45,691 nt of DNA from an uncultured Nitrososphaerota archaeon (GTDB lineage: Archaea; Thermoproteota; Nitrososphaeria; Nitrososphaerales; CADDZS01). The notes under the pieces are model-generated. The model saw nothing but the letters and a program-made list of their open reading frames with translations. It ran no database searches and was not told the origin of the DNA. Of the stretch, positions 7,829 to 18,125 are shown one piece after another (position 1 is the first letter of the stretch; every line of letters starts with the position of its first letter). The stretch lies in NCBI GenBank assembly GCA_963799845.1, contig CAWCYI010000009.1, positions 1 to 45,691 on the forward strand, in the 5' to 3' direction. Both the position numbers and the translations under genes were made by a program.

Positions 7829-8926
7829 CTAGTGCCGTGTCCATAAAGGTCGTCTGTGTTTTCTGCGACCATCTCTCCTCTGAGTGTCTCTGAACATTTT
7901 GCCTCTTGCCTTCCTTTCCGAGTTTCTGTAGCTCACCGCATCAAGGAATGCTCTTCTAACTTCATCCCAGCTCCTGTAATCTGTTCCGCTCATTGCAAGC
8001 TTCTGGATATCGCCAGTGTGGCACTCGACAGGATTCATCCAGCTTGCATTCGTGGCAGTGGGAACGAGTGCTGTATTGGTGGAATGAGCCCATCTTCGAA
8101 TGTCAGCAGTCCAGTGAGCTGGGAGACCGTCCTGTATCATGTACACCCTTTCGTCAACAGGATAATTCGATCTTTGATTCTTCAGAAACTCTAGCCATGG
8201 CTCTCCTCCCTTGTGATCATACTGCTTGATAGCGAGCTGTTGGTGGTAGACGTTGAGGCAAACGTACTCGAATCTCACACCTCCAAACTTGTTGTACGTT
8301 GCAGGAATCCTTTTCGGATTTGTCTCCTCAAACCATCCTCTTCCTCCGTGAGGAACGAGATTGAATGGACCCATCTCATCCAGGCTAAGTACCACGGGAG
8401 GATTCGATTTCTTTCGCGTCAATCGCTCTATGCGAATTTTCTTTTTCTCAAATTCAGGATCTTTTGATTCCTTCCATGTCTTCACGCTCTGAAATGATAT
8501 TTCTGACTCATCCAGTATTATTCGAAGCCACTCCTTGCTAATCGAATCGACAATTCCTCTCTTCTCAGCTTCACTTTTCAGACGACGCAAGCTCCACTGC
8601 TGGAAAGGTAATCCGAGATTCTTCGGTTGGCTTGTTGCAAGAGAGACGAGCTTTGTCTTCTGTTCGGGAGTGAATTTCCTGTTTCCTCCAGGCTTCCAAT
8701 GAGGCTTGAGCATCTCCAGCCCTTCCTCATTGAAAGATTTGATCAACGACCTAACATAATCCTGACTCATCATCACAATCTCTCCTATCTTTGGAGGAGT
8801 GAATCCCTGAGCGCTAGAAAGTACGACCTGAGCTCTTCTCATCTCTATTGGATCCTTGCCATAACGTACTATCTGTCTGAGCTTGTTCCCCTCCTCATTC
8901 GTTATGCTGCGAACATGGACTACCAT
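7829..8926 (-). CDS. IS630-family DDE transposase (intact)
   Basis: N-terminal HTH, WSLRRL, DPEFEKKK, LSLDE, IQDG..AH, SWMNPVE; the stop codon falls at the element end. Confidence 0.93.
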   Translation of the reverse strand: MVVHVRSITNEEGNKLRQIVRYGKDPIEMRRAQVVLSSAQGFTPPKIGEIVMMSQDYVRSLIKSFNEEGLEMLKPHWKPGGNRKFTPEQKTKLVSLATSQPKNLGLPFQQWSLRRLKSEAEKRGIVDSISKEWLRIILDESEISFQSVKTWKESKDPEFEKKKIRIERLTRKKSNPPVVLSLDEMGPFNLVPHGGRGWFEETNPKRIPATYNKFGGVRFEYVCLNVYHQQLAIKQYDHKGGEPWLEFLKNQRSNYPVDERVYMIQDGLPAHWTADIRRWAHSTNTALVPTATNASWMNPVECHTGDIQKLAMSGTDYRSWDEVRRAFLDAVSYRNSERKARGKMFRDTQRRDGRRKHRRPLWTRH

Positions 8927-8999
8927 GTTGCAGGACGAGCACAAGGCGTGGCCTTAAAGCTTCATATAAAAATTAGAACAACCTATCTGGCCACGGCAC
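7832..8999 (-). mobile_element. IS630-family insertion sequence
   Basis: Inverted ends 7829-7850 and 8981-9002 match at 19/22 (CTAGTGCCGTG.CCA...AGGT); flanking TA at 7830-31 and 9000-01. Confidence 0.92.
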
Positions 9000-9015
9000 T
9001 AGTGAAACGCCTAAA

Positions 9016-9525
9016 ATGAAAACCGTGAGATTGCCCTTCACTCGAAGAAGGATCAGCATGATTTACCTGGCAGTTTTTCTTCTGGTAATCTCGGTATCCA
9101 TTGGCGCTTTCGCAACAAGCGTTACAATTACAAACACTGACAACGCCGGGTATCAGGGTGTCTACGTTCAGGACAATGGATACTACAGTGTCACGAACAC
9201 CAATTACAATGTAGTAGAGTCTGCACAATCAGCCACGACTCCTCCTTTAGCTTGGTCTAACGGTGCTGATGGTTATGTGAACGCGCTCGTTGCCGGGGAC
9301 TGGGCTCTGTCATTCACCTTGACGATTAATGCCGGCGGATTGACAAGCCACACGTATACTATTACAGTCAGCAGTACAGCTGCATCGGGCACGATCTCGA
9401 CTCTTTACACGTTCCAGTTTACTTCGCCTTCAACAATAACCGCCGGTCAGACCATGACGATCCTCTGGGATACAGGCTCAACTACCTGGACCGCACCAGC
9501 AGCACTAACTGTAACAATAGCCTGA
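9016..9525 (+). CDS. Secreted beta-rich protein, putative major fibre subunit (TasA/AbpA-like role)
   Basis: Class I signal peptide (..IGAFA|TSVTITN), about 136-aa mature all-beta chain, no anchor; same operon as a SipW-type peptidase. Confidence 0.7.
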   Translation: MKTVRLPFTRRRISMIYLAVFLLVISVSIGAFATSVTITNTDNAGYQGVYVQDNGYYSVTNTNYNVVESAQSATTPPLAWSNGADGYVNALVAGDWALSFTLTINAGGLTSHTYTITVSSTAASGTISTLYTFQFTSPSTITAGQTMTILWDTGSTTWTAPAALTVTIA

Positions 9526-9531
9526 AGGCGC

Positions 9532-11490
9532 ATGTTATCTGGATGGAGCGGCAAGAAGAGAGCATTCAAGCTCGGGCTCATTGCTTCTCCCATTATCTTT
9601 CTTAGTGTCGTTGCTGCCACTACTGTTACTATAACCAACGATACTTATTCTGACAATTCAGGAGTCTTCCTGAAACCATACTATGAAAATATCAACCCTC
9701 CACTCACCGGTTGCTCAGCCCCGTGTTTGAGTGTAGACACTCAGGGGACAATCCCAAATCCAACATCTGGCACTCTTGCTCTCGACGGGAGCGCGACTGG
9801 TAGTTGGGCTTCGGGTTCTTCATTCAGTATCACGGCTTCGACAACAAAGGCAAACGATGTGATAATTCTCTGGATCGTTACTTATCTTTCTTCATCGTCC
9901 ATCGCAGTCTCATCAATCAGCGATTCGCTAGGCGCAGTGTCATGGCAGGGGTCGGCCCGGACTGCATACACCTCGTGTAGTGGCACTCAAGAAACGACCC
10001 AAACAGAGTGGTACGGCATAGCATCTACCACAATAACAACTGATGTAATAACGATCAATCTCAGCGGAACGCCAAGTGCCGCTTCCGGCGAGGAATTTGC
10101 CGTTACAGGTGCGAACACTGGCTCTCCTTTTGATCCGAACGCCAATATTCCGAAAAGTTCCCTGTCTACTTGTACGGCAACTACTGCCGCTCCAACGGTG
10201 TCCGGAATTTCGACGAGTAATGGCAACGACTTTGTTTTCTCGATGTTTGGTGGATATACTTCTGTAACAGAGACTGTAGGGGCGATTGCGGGATCTACGG
10301 CAACTAAAATCAAAAGTGTAGCGGGGACTGGACATTCGCTAGAAGCGGAATATCTAATCGTCTCATCAGCCCAGTCCGGGGCATCTTGCGCCTTCGCAAC
10401 TTCAACCACTTACTGGGGAATAGATTGTGATGCAATTGTTGAAGGTGCGGGATCATTTACTCTTCCAGCGGGTTCCAGCATGTATCTTTGGTCACCGCAA
10501 TTCAGCACTGCCACTTCGATTCCGGCAGGATCGCTCTCATTCCAGCTTTTTGCGGATCCTCCGGCACCGGCACTCGATGGTAGTGCATCCGGCACTTGGG
10601 CGTCGGGCACGTCCTTCACCATATCTTCAGTCAGCACGACAAGCTCGAATGATGTAATCGTTTTGTCAATCGTGGCCAATGACGGAGCGACATCAGTTAC
10701 GGTGTCTTCCATCTCAGATACTCAGGGTAAAATAACCTGGCAGGGATCAGCGCGTGCCTCGTCCACTTTCTGCACTACCACTCAGAAATCGAGCCTCACA
10801 GAGTGGTATGGGATCGCTGCTTCTACAGTAACTTCAGATACAATCACTGTACATCTTTCGACGACGCCGCTCTCTGCTTCCGGGATTTCCTTCGGAGTTT
10901 CGGGTGCTGACACAACGACACCATTCGATCCCGCAGCCAATCTACCAAAGGCGGCGAATTCGTGCACTACTACGGCCTCTGCTCCAACTGTCGGAGGAAT
11001 TTCAACCGATGCTGACACAGACTTTGTTTTCTCCCTGTTCGGTGGCTACACCTCAGTCACAGAGACTGCAGGTACTATAGGTGGTACGGCAAACTCACTA
11101 GTGACAGCGGTGACTGGAACGGGAAATTCGAACGCCGCTGAATATCTTCCTGTTTCTTTATCCCTTGCTTCAACTTCGTGTGTATTCGGAACATCCACTA
11201 CTTACTGGAGAACCCTTTGCGACGCTCTGATGCCCGCAAGACAAACCATCACAGTTTCCTATGAAACAACTAATTCAGCCGGGACAGTTCAATCCACAAT
11301 GATTTCCAGCACTGCATCAACTATAACAGCGCTTTACCAATCTGTCTCCGTCTCATCTTCGGCAGGGAACATTCCAGCCTCGGGCTACATCGTAGTAATT
11401 ATTACGGGCCCTTCAAACACTGCACTTACGGTCTTCTGGGGCAACGGAAATCCAACGTTGTTCCAAGTTGGATTCACCTACCGGACCTAG
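9532..11490 (+). CDS. Large secreted protein with two 220-aa repeats, putative minor subunit/adhesin
   Basis: Signal peptide (..SVVAA|TTVTITN); repeats at 9778-10437 and 10570-11229; no C-terminal TM. Confidence 0.8.
   Translation: MLSGWSGKKRAFKLGLIASPIIFLSVVAATTVTITNDTYSDNSGVFLKPYYENINPPLTGCSAPCLSVDTQGTIPNPTSGTLALDGSATGSWASGSSFSITASTTKANDVIILWIVTYLSSSSIAVSSISDSLGAVSWQGSARTAYTSCSGTQETTQTEWYGIASTTITTDVITINLSGTPSAASGEEFAVTGANTGSPFDPNANIPKSSLSTCTATTAAPTVSGISTSNGNDFVFSMFGGYTSVTETVGAIAGSTATKIKSVAGTGHSLEAEYLIVSSAQSGASCAFATSTTYWGIDCDAIVEGAGSFTLPAGSSMYLWSPQFSTATSIPAGSLSFQLFADPPAPALDGSASGTWASGTSFTISSVSTTSSNDVIVLSIVANDGATSVTVSSISDTQGKITWQGSARASSTFCTTTQKSSLTEWYGIAASTVTSDTITVHLSTTPLSASGISFGVSGADTTTPFDPAANLPKAANSCTTTASAPTVGGISTDADTDFVFSLFGGYTSVTETAGTIGGTANSLVTAVTGTGNSNAAEYLPVSLSLASTSCVFGTSTTYWRTLCDALMPARQTITVSYETTNSAGTVQSTMISSTASTITALYQSVSVSSSAGNIPASGYIVVIITGPSNTALTVFWGNGNPTLFQVGFTYRT
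9778..11229 (+). repeat. Two intragenic 660-nt domain repeats
   Basis: Both run ALDGSA.G.WASG.SF.I...NDVI.L...TEWYGIA...PFDP.AN.PK...DFVFS.FGGYTSVTET.G...TSTTYW...CDA. Confidence 0.92.
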
Positions 11491-11514
11491 GAGAAATGGG
11501 CGTGCGCATTTCAT

Positions 11515-12339
11515 TTGAGACTGCATATCAAACCAGTCAGACTAATTGTTCTAGTAATTGCCGTTGCTCTAATTGCTATTTTTGCGGTTTTGCCCGTCGT
11601 TGCCGGAACCAAAACTTATCCGGTGGCGATCGTCGACGGAAACAGCATGTATCCGATTTTACACAGCGGCGATCTCGTTTTTTTCACATATCCAACGAGT
11701 TCGATCAAAAACGGGACGATTATTGTCTTTGTCCAGGGCGGGACTGGAGTCAACGCGCTGGATAGCTTATTGAAACCAGTCGTGATTCACAGAGTCATCG
11801 CTATTGGAACCGAGCCGGATGGAATGCCCTATTATCAGACTAAGGGTGACAACAATATCGCTCCTGATCCATTTGTCACAGACCAAAGTAACGTTCTCGG
11901 AGTCCCGCTGTTAGTAATTCCGTACGCAGGGATGCCTATCCAGTTCTTGCAGACCCCCTTCGGAATGGTAACTGTCAGCGCTTTGGCCACTCTCTACTTT
12001 CTCTCTGGAATCGATACCAAGATGGAAGAATCTGATGAAAAAAAGCGACTCGTTGCCTCGTTCGCGAGACATTCGCTCAATGGAGAGATCAGCGCCAAAC
12101 AGTTTGAAAGACTCAAACTCGCGGTTGAGTATTTTGATGACATATCTCCGGATTTGCTTACGGATCCGACCATGTTGTCAACCATAGACTGGCTGAAGCG
12201 GGGAGGGTTGTCCGAAAAGTGGAAGGAGGAACTGGTCCCATGTCCCGATTGCAATGCGAAATCGTTCTGTATCGTGAGCGGAGACAAGTCGCTCTTGATA
12301 TGCCCTAATTGCAGTGAGAATCGTAGGCCATCGTCTTAG
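11515..12339 (+). CDS. Signal peptidase I, ER/SipW (Sec11) type, with a C-terminal zinc ribbon
   Basis: GNSMYP (catalytic Ser), GDLV, IHRV (His), TKGDNN; C-terminal CPDC..CPNC. Confidence 0.9.
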   Translation: MRLHIKPVRLIVLVIAVALIAIFAVLPVVAGTKTYPVAIVDGNSMYPILHSGDLVFFTYPTSSIKNGTIIVFVQGGTGVNALDSLLKPVVIHRVIAIGTEPDGMPYYQTKGDNNIAPDPFVTDQSNVLGVPLLVIPYAGMPIQFLQTPFGMVTVSALATLYFLSGIDTKMEESDEKKRLVASFARHSLNGEISAKQFERLKLAVEYFDDISPDLLTDPTMLSTIDWLKRGGLSEKWKEELVPCPDCNAKSFCIVSGDKSLLICPNCSENRRPSS

Positions 12340-12701
12340 CAGATAATTCTGACGTTATCGAAGATTTGGAAAGAGTAAATGCCTTCAATGAAACACTTTG
12401 ATTCATTGAAAATCGTCCGAGGCCCAGCTTGTGTCAGGCGGAAAGAGAATCGGAAACCAATCACAGGTTAAGATCCTTTGCAGAGAATTATGCGGAGGCT
12501 CCTGATGCGGCGGACAGCCATGAATTGCACTCCGCCGTGATAGCAGTTCCTATAAAACTGTAAGGAAAACTAGCGGTGTTTTATGAGTGATACATCACGG
12601 ATATAGTTCGATTAACACTCTTCACAAAAAAGCCAGTTCGGAAGAATAATGATGGAAAAGATTTATCAAAAACTATGTGTTTGTAAAAATCGTCCACGTT
12701 C

Positions 12702-12896
12702 TTGAGCGCGCAAAGACTACAAGAAAAACGTCCTAAAGAAGAAAAGTTTTGCCACCTCTGCGGAGTCAAAATTGACGGAATGCGAGCTTCGTACTGCTGT
12801 CGGCAACACCAGCAGATAGCCTCCCGACGACGGATTTCTGCAAGACTGGGAATAAGACCGAAGATCTCGAAGCTCGATCCACTGTATTTCAACTGA
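12702..12896 (+). CDS. Small basic zinc-binding protein
   Basis: CHLCG...YCCRQH. Confidence 0.45.
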   Translation: MSAQRLQEKRPKEEKFCHLCGVKIDGMRASYCCRQHQQIASRRRISARLGIRPKISKLDPLYFN

Positions 12897-13297
12897 AACT
12901 TGAGATATACAGGAGCGGCAGCCTAAGGCGATGAACTTTCTGATTCCTAGATCCCGGAAAGCTAAGATTCTACCTGAACGCTTACTAATCCCATTTCTAA
13001 AGGCCAGGATAATGAACCAAACTCCTCGAGCTAGAGGAACCGGAAGAACCGAGAAATGCTACCGGTAAATCTAATGTTCTGTCATTAATGTCGATAAAGC
13101 GAACATAGAGTCCAAGAAATCTGGTTACGCTAGGTCACTGAATACAAGGGATTCTGGTGTACTCGTTGTGCGGGATGGGCCACCGATCGCTGAATTGGCT
13201 GGCCAACAAATCGCCACTTGGCTCATCCGTCTGGTAATGCTTGGGAACATTTAGATTAATAGATTCGAAAGGAGAATTACTCAAGATCCTGATTATT

Positions 13298-15695
13298 TTG
13301 GAGTTCAGTAAAAATCCGGAAGCATTCGGCAAACCAGGAATCGAGCCTCGGTGGACTCATTCCAACAAGGATGCAGTAGGAACTGCTTACTCTGCAGATA
13401 GCAAGCTTTGGTTTACGATCTGGAGAGGGATCGTTACTGAAGTCTACTACCCCACGATCGATACGCCGCAACTCCGAGATATGGAGCTGCTAATTACTGA
13501 CGGTAAGAGTTTCTTTCACGAGGAAAAGCGTCATCTGAAATCTAAGGTCGAACCTATTTCTCCGCATTCTCTCGGATACAACATAACAAACTCCGAACCA
13601 AACGGCATGTACAAGATTCGTAAGCAAGTAATTACAAATCCACACCTGCCCTGCCTGCTTCAGAATGTCCGCGTCGAATGTGAAAAAGATGTTTTAAAGC
13701 GGATTCAACTTTTTGTTCTTTGCGCACCTCACCTTGAAGGTGGCGGCAAGAATAACAACGCCTACGTAGTTGAGGTTGCAGGTCGTAATATTCTCGCAGC
13801 CGAGAAAGGCGGGACATGGCTCGCATTATCTGCAAACGTGCCTTTCACGAGAATGTCTTGTGGGTTCGTGGGATACAGCGACGGTTGGACAGACCTTTCC
13901 AAGAATTTTCAGATGGATTACCAATTTGGGAGGGCTACAGGTGGTAACGTCGCGCTAACAGGCGAATTAGATCTAGGTAACTCGTCAGAATTTGTGCTAG
14001 CATTAGCTTTTGGAAATAGCCTCCACAACGCAGTAACAACTTTGCTCCAATCATTGGGTGAACCCTTCCATGAACACGGTGCACGTTTTGTGGATCAGTG
14101 GGACCGTGCGTATACCAAAATTCGTCCTTTGGAACGATTCTTTGTTGAACAAGGAAGCAATCTGTATCATAGATCCTACAGTCTTCTTTTGGCCCATGAA
14201 GACAAGAGCTATCCGGGAGCTATCATTGCTTCACTAACTATTCCTTGGGGAGAGGCCGCGAGCGATGAGGACCGGGGTGGATACCACCTTGTGTGGACCC
14301 GCGATTTGGTCAACACTGCGACAGCATTGCTTGGCGCTGGAAACACTGAAACTCCGCTTCGTGCCCTGATCTACCTCGCTGCATGCCAGCAAGAAGACGG
14401 TGGATTTGCTCAGAACTTTTGGATTGATGGTAAACCTTACTGGAAAGCGATACAGCTTGATGAAGTTGCATTTCCCATCATGCTCGCGTGGCGACTTCAC
14501 AAAGCCAATGCACTCCGGGATTTTGATCCTTACCCAACGGTGATACGCGGAGCAAAATATCTCATTCGTAAGGGGCCAGCCACGCAGGAGGACCGATGGG
14601 AGGAAGCTAGCGGCTATTCGCCATCTACACTGGCGTCTAACATTGCTGCTTTGATCTGCGCCGCAAATTTTGCTCGGGACCGCCGAGATAGCTCCACTGC
14701 TGAGTATCTGGAGGATTACGCAGACTTTCTTGAGAGTCATCTAGAGGCGTGGACAGTGACAACAGAAGGTACCCTGGTTCCTGAAATCAAGCGACATTAT
14801 ATCCGGATCTGCCCCGCAGACATCAACAATACTGACCCGGAGGAAAATCCAAACAAGGGTATGCTTGTCATTGCAAATCACGCGCATAATGATCGCAGCG
14901 TTTTTCCGGCAAAAGAGATAGTTGACGCCGGCTTTCTCGAACTTGTGAGATATGGAATCCGCCCAGCAAATGATCCGTTGATTGCTGACTCTCTGAAAGT
15001 TGTGGATGCCGTACTGAAAGTAGACACTCCATATGGACCATGCTGGCGGCGTTACAACCACGACGGATATGGACAGCGCCAAGATGGAGGTCCTTACATG
15101 GGATCGGGAAAGGGTCGCGCGTGGCCGCTCTTGACCGGTGAGCGCGGTCATTATGAGCTGAGCTGCAGGTCATGATGTGAAACAATGCTTGAGCGCGATA
15201 GAGAAATTCGCATCGTCGACGGGTTTGCTTCCAGAACAGATCTGGGATGAGCAAGATATGAAGAAACGTCATCTGTATTTAGGCGGACCCACCGGCTCAG
15301 CCATGCCCCTGATGTGGGCTCATGCAGAATACGTCAAGTTGCTTCGTTCCACATCAGAAGGCAAAATCTTTGACCTGATTCCCGAGGTTAGCAAGCGATA
15401 CATTTCCGATAGGTCGTCTTTCAAGCACTTGGAGATCTGGAAGCCAAATCGCCGAGCTCGTTCGGCAAAGAAAGGAAGTACACTTCGAGTACAAGCTCCG
15501 GAAACATTCCGCCTGCATTGGTCCTTTGACGAATGGAGGACGGTAAATGATACCGATTCCACTTCAACTGCGCTCGGTGTAGAGTTCACAGACATTCCTA
15601 TCGGTAAAGCACAGAAAGATCCTGTTCGGTTTACGTTCTTTTGGCCAGATAGTGAACGATGGGAAGGACGTGATTATGCGGTATCTATCGTTTGA
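13298..15695 (+). CDS. Glucoamylase / glucan 1,4-alpha-glucosidase (GH15, glucodextranase-like N-terminus); frameshift near 15165
   Basis: AFGKPGIEPRWT, EVYYPTID, GGYHLVWTRD, QLDEVAFP, QEDRWEE, GRAWPLLTGER, LLPEQIWD, SAMPLMWAHAEY. Confidence 0.92.
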
Positions 15696-15954
15696 AGTAA
15701 GCGATGACTGAAAACGTAGCATGTATTCCAAAGGACAAAGAACACTAGGATCCTCAAGAATGGTGCGCCCCGTAGATTGATGTGGAGACGATGCAAATTT
15801 GTGAACATTATCGCACCGTTCTCATTTCTTTCCTTCCATTTCTGTTATGACAAGATTACCTCTACTGGTTGACTTGTTTAGAGCAATTCTGATCTCTCTT
15901 AATGACAGAAAAGCCGAGTTTACAATTTAGGAAGCGCACGAGCGGTGTAGAAGT

Positions 15955-17437
15955 TTATATCGACGCACCTATGCCGTAGTACTGTACATCTTCTCTGTAT
16001 CCTCCCTGCCCATCATAGAGTTTCTTGTAGTCATCGACGAATTCAATAGACCGGAGCCACTTGACCATCTTGAATCCTAGCTGCGTCTCAACTCTCAACC
16101 TGAGCGGCGCCCCATGCTCGATGGGAAGAGGCTTGCCATTCATTTCATACGCAAGGATGGTCTGGTGGTGCTTTGCAATCTCCAGATCTATCACCTCGTA
16201 GTATTCGCGCGACGGGTCGCCGTGGCCGTACTCATCTCTTTCGCCATGAGCCAGCGAATGAAACACAACATATTTCGCATTGGATTTCGGATGGCATAAG
16301 CCGAGTACGAACGACACGGACACTCCCTTCCATTTTCCAACAGCAGTCCATCCCTGAATGCAGCTGTGCTCCGTGATCTGAGTTTCCGTCTCCATAGCGT
16401 GCAAATCATCTAAAGAAAGCAAGAGTTCCTTATCGACCAGTCCGTAGACTCTCAGCTTCCACGAAGCAAAGTTGTCTTTGACGAGCTCTTTGTACTCGCC
16501 AGTCTCTGGTGGACGCCCATTTACTCGGAAGTAAGGACTGATTTCTGACTCTTTGAAGTTCTGGCGTGAAATCACTCCTCTAAAGAGGGTTCGTTTTACA
16601 GGCTCGATCACCTTGTCGAGTCCAACCTGTATCTGCCTTGGTCTACGAAGCGAATCTTCGGTCGCCCAAACATGAATCACGATCACTACAATGAAGTAAA
16701 CCAGGAAGAGGATTGTAGCAACCAATAACGACACCTCGCCGCCTCCAAAGATGATATTTGCCATATTGAACTGGAAGCCGTCAACGACGACTAGAGTGAG
16801 ATGCATGATTATGAAGAGAATGAATCCAATCAAACAAAGGAAGTGAATGCTACGCGCGCCCTGTCTCCCTTTGAAAATTTTAGGATACCATGGGAATCTC
16901 GCATCAAGCGCAGGAGACATCGCCGCGCCGGTAAGAAGCATCAAAGGTCCGAGGATGAATACGACTCCCGCGTAAGCGAGTCTGCTGGGCAGGGTCGAAT
17001 GGGTTACCAAGAGGAGGAAGGTGACCGCCTGCCATTGAAATCATTGTTTTGACCGCTTCTGGAAAGAATGACCAAGATGTCGGGATAAGTGTCCTCCAAA
17101 GTCCGGTTGCGAAAATAAGAATGTAGTACGCTACTCCGTTGCCCACCCAGAAAATAATTGAGAAAAAGTGCCAGTGTCTTCCTAAACCAAGATTGCTCCG
17201 CCCGGGGAGAGCTATCCAGGTTGAAAACTTGGTTTCTTCATCGGTAGAAGTCCAGAGTTTGCCCTTGGGCATCTTCTTCCTTGAAAATTTAATCCATTCT
17301 TTTCCGTCGATTGCTTTGTCGTTTGTGTATAGCTTGGGATGAGCCGAAAGGATCTCTAATCCGCTCCTGATTAACAGCGTGATGAAGATCACATTGATCA
17401 GATGAGAAATCCGTAGCCAAACCGGAAAATCGATCAA
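15955..17437 (-). CDS. Cytochrome b domain fused to a sulfite-oxidase-family (MsrP/YedY-like) molybdopterin oxidoreductase; frameshift near 16985
   Basis: RISHLIN, GRHWHF, ARSIHF; HSCIQGW, TILAYEMNGKPLPIEHGAPLRLRVETQLGFKMVKW. Confidence 0.88.
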
Positions 17438-17599
17438 TGAGATTATACTCCTCGAATCAAAAAGTTACAGGCTGAATTGTGAGGCTCCTTATTTTGCTAT
17501 TAAAGCTTCTACAAATACAAATACTAAACATCTCAGACTAAAATATGCTATGAAAATCGCTCAATTTTAGGTTGGTAAGATGAAACGCTTTGTAGTTGG

Positions 17600-17812
17600 T
17601 TCAGGGTACAAGCTCCGGAGGCGTTCCGCTTGCACTGGTCTTGTGATGAATGGAGAACGATAAACGATGTCGATTCCACTTCAACAGCGTTAGGTGTAGA
17701 ATTCATGGATATTCCTATTGGACCAACGCAGAAAGATCCCGTACGGTTTACTTTCTTTTGGACAGGAAGTAATCGTTGGGAAGGATGTGATTATGCAGTA
17801 ACTGTTGTTTAA
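17600..17812 (+). pseudogene. Diverged copy of the glucoamylase C-terminal 70 codons
   Basis: RVQAPEAFRLHWSCDEWRT...DSTSTALGVEF..IPIG..QKDPVRFTFFW...RWEG.DYAV mirrors 15483-15695; no start, in-frame TAA at 17576. Confidence 0.85.
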
Positions 17813-17905
17813 TGTGTAAGCAACAATTAGAAAAGTACCATGGGAAAGAGAATCGGTGAGCTTAATATGGTCGTGACTACCTGATCACAGAAATGCGGAA
17901 CGACG

Positions 17906-18118
17906 ATGTACCACGAAAAAATGTTGCCAGCCCTTTACTGCGCATACTTCAAATCCAGAGTCCCCAATATTGATATCGATGCAATGGAGAATAGTACACG
18001 CTCGTATGAGGCTATTGGATTGAGAGATATTACTCCAACTGTGTTAAAAATCATGGGAAACGAGAAAACAATTTCGATGACTGGGAGGCCAGTCATCAGC
18101 CCATTGCCTGAGGAATGA
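17906..18118 (+). CDS. Small hypothetical protein
   Basis: 70-aa ORF ending 7 nt before the cyclase gene. Confidence 0.4.
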   Translation: MYHEKMLPALYCAYFKSRVPNIDIDAMENSTRSYEAIGLRDITPTVLKIMGNEKTISMTGRPVISPLPEE

Positions 18119-18125
18119 TAAGACA

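Noticed and set aside
9016-9672. Type IV pilin or archaellin interpretation of the secreted proteins
   Set aside because: The hydrophobic stretch precedes an AxA/VxA cleavage site (class I signal), there is no class III motif, and no assembly ATPase or TadC is nearby.
17867-17905. In-frame TGA before SQKCG upstream of the 17906 ORF (selenocysteine?)
   Set aside because: Spacing is not CxxC, no SECIS was recognised and there is no family support.
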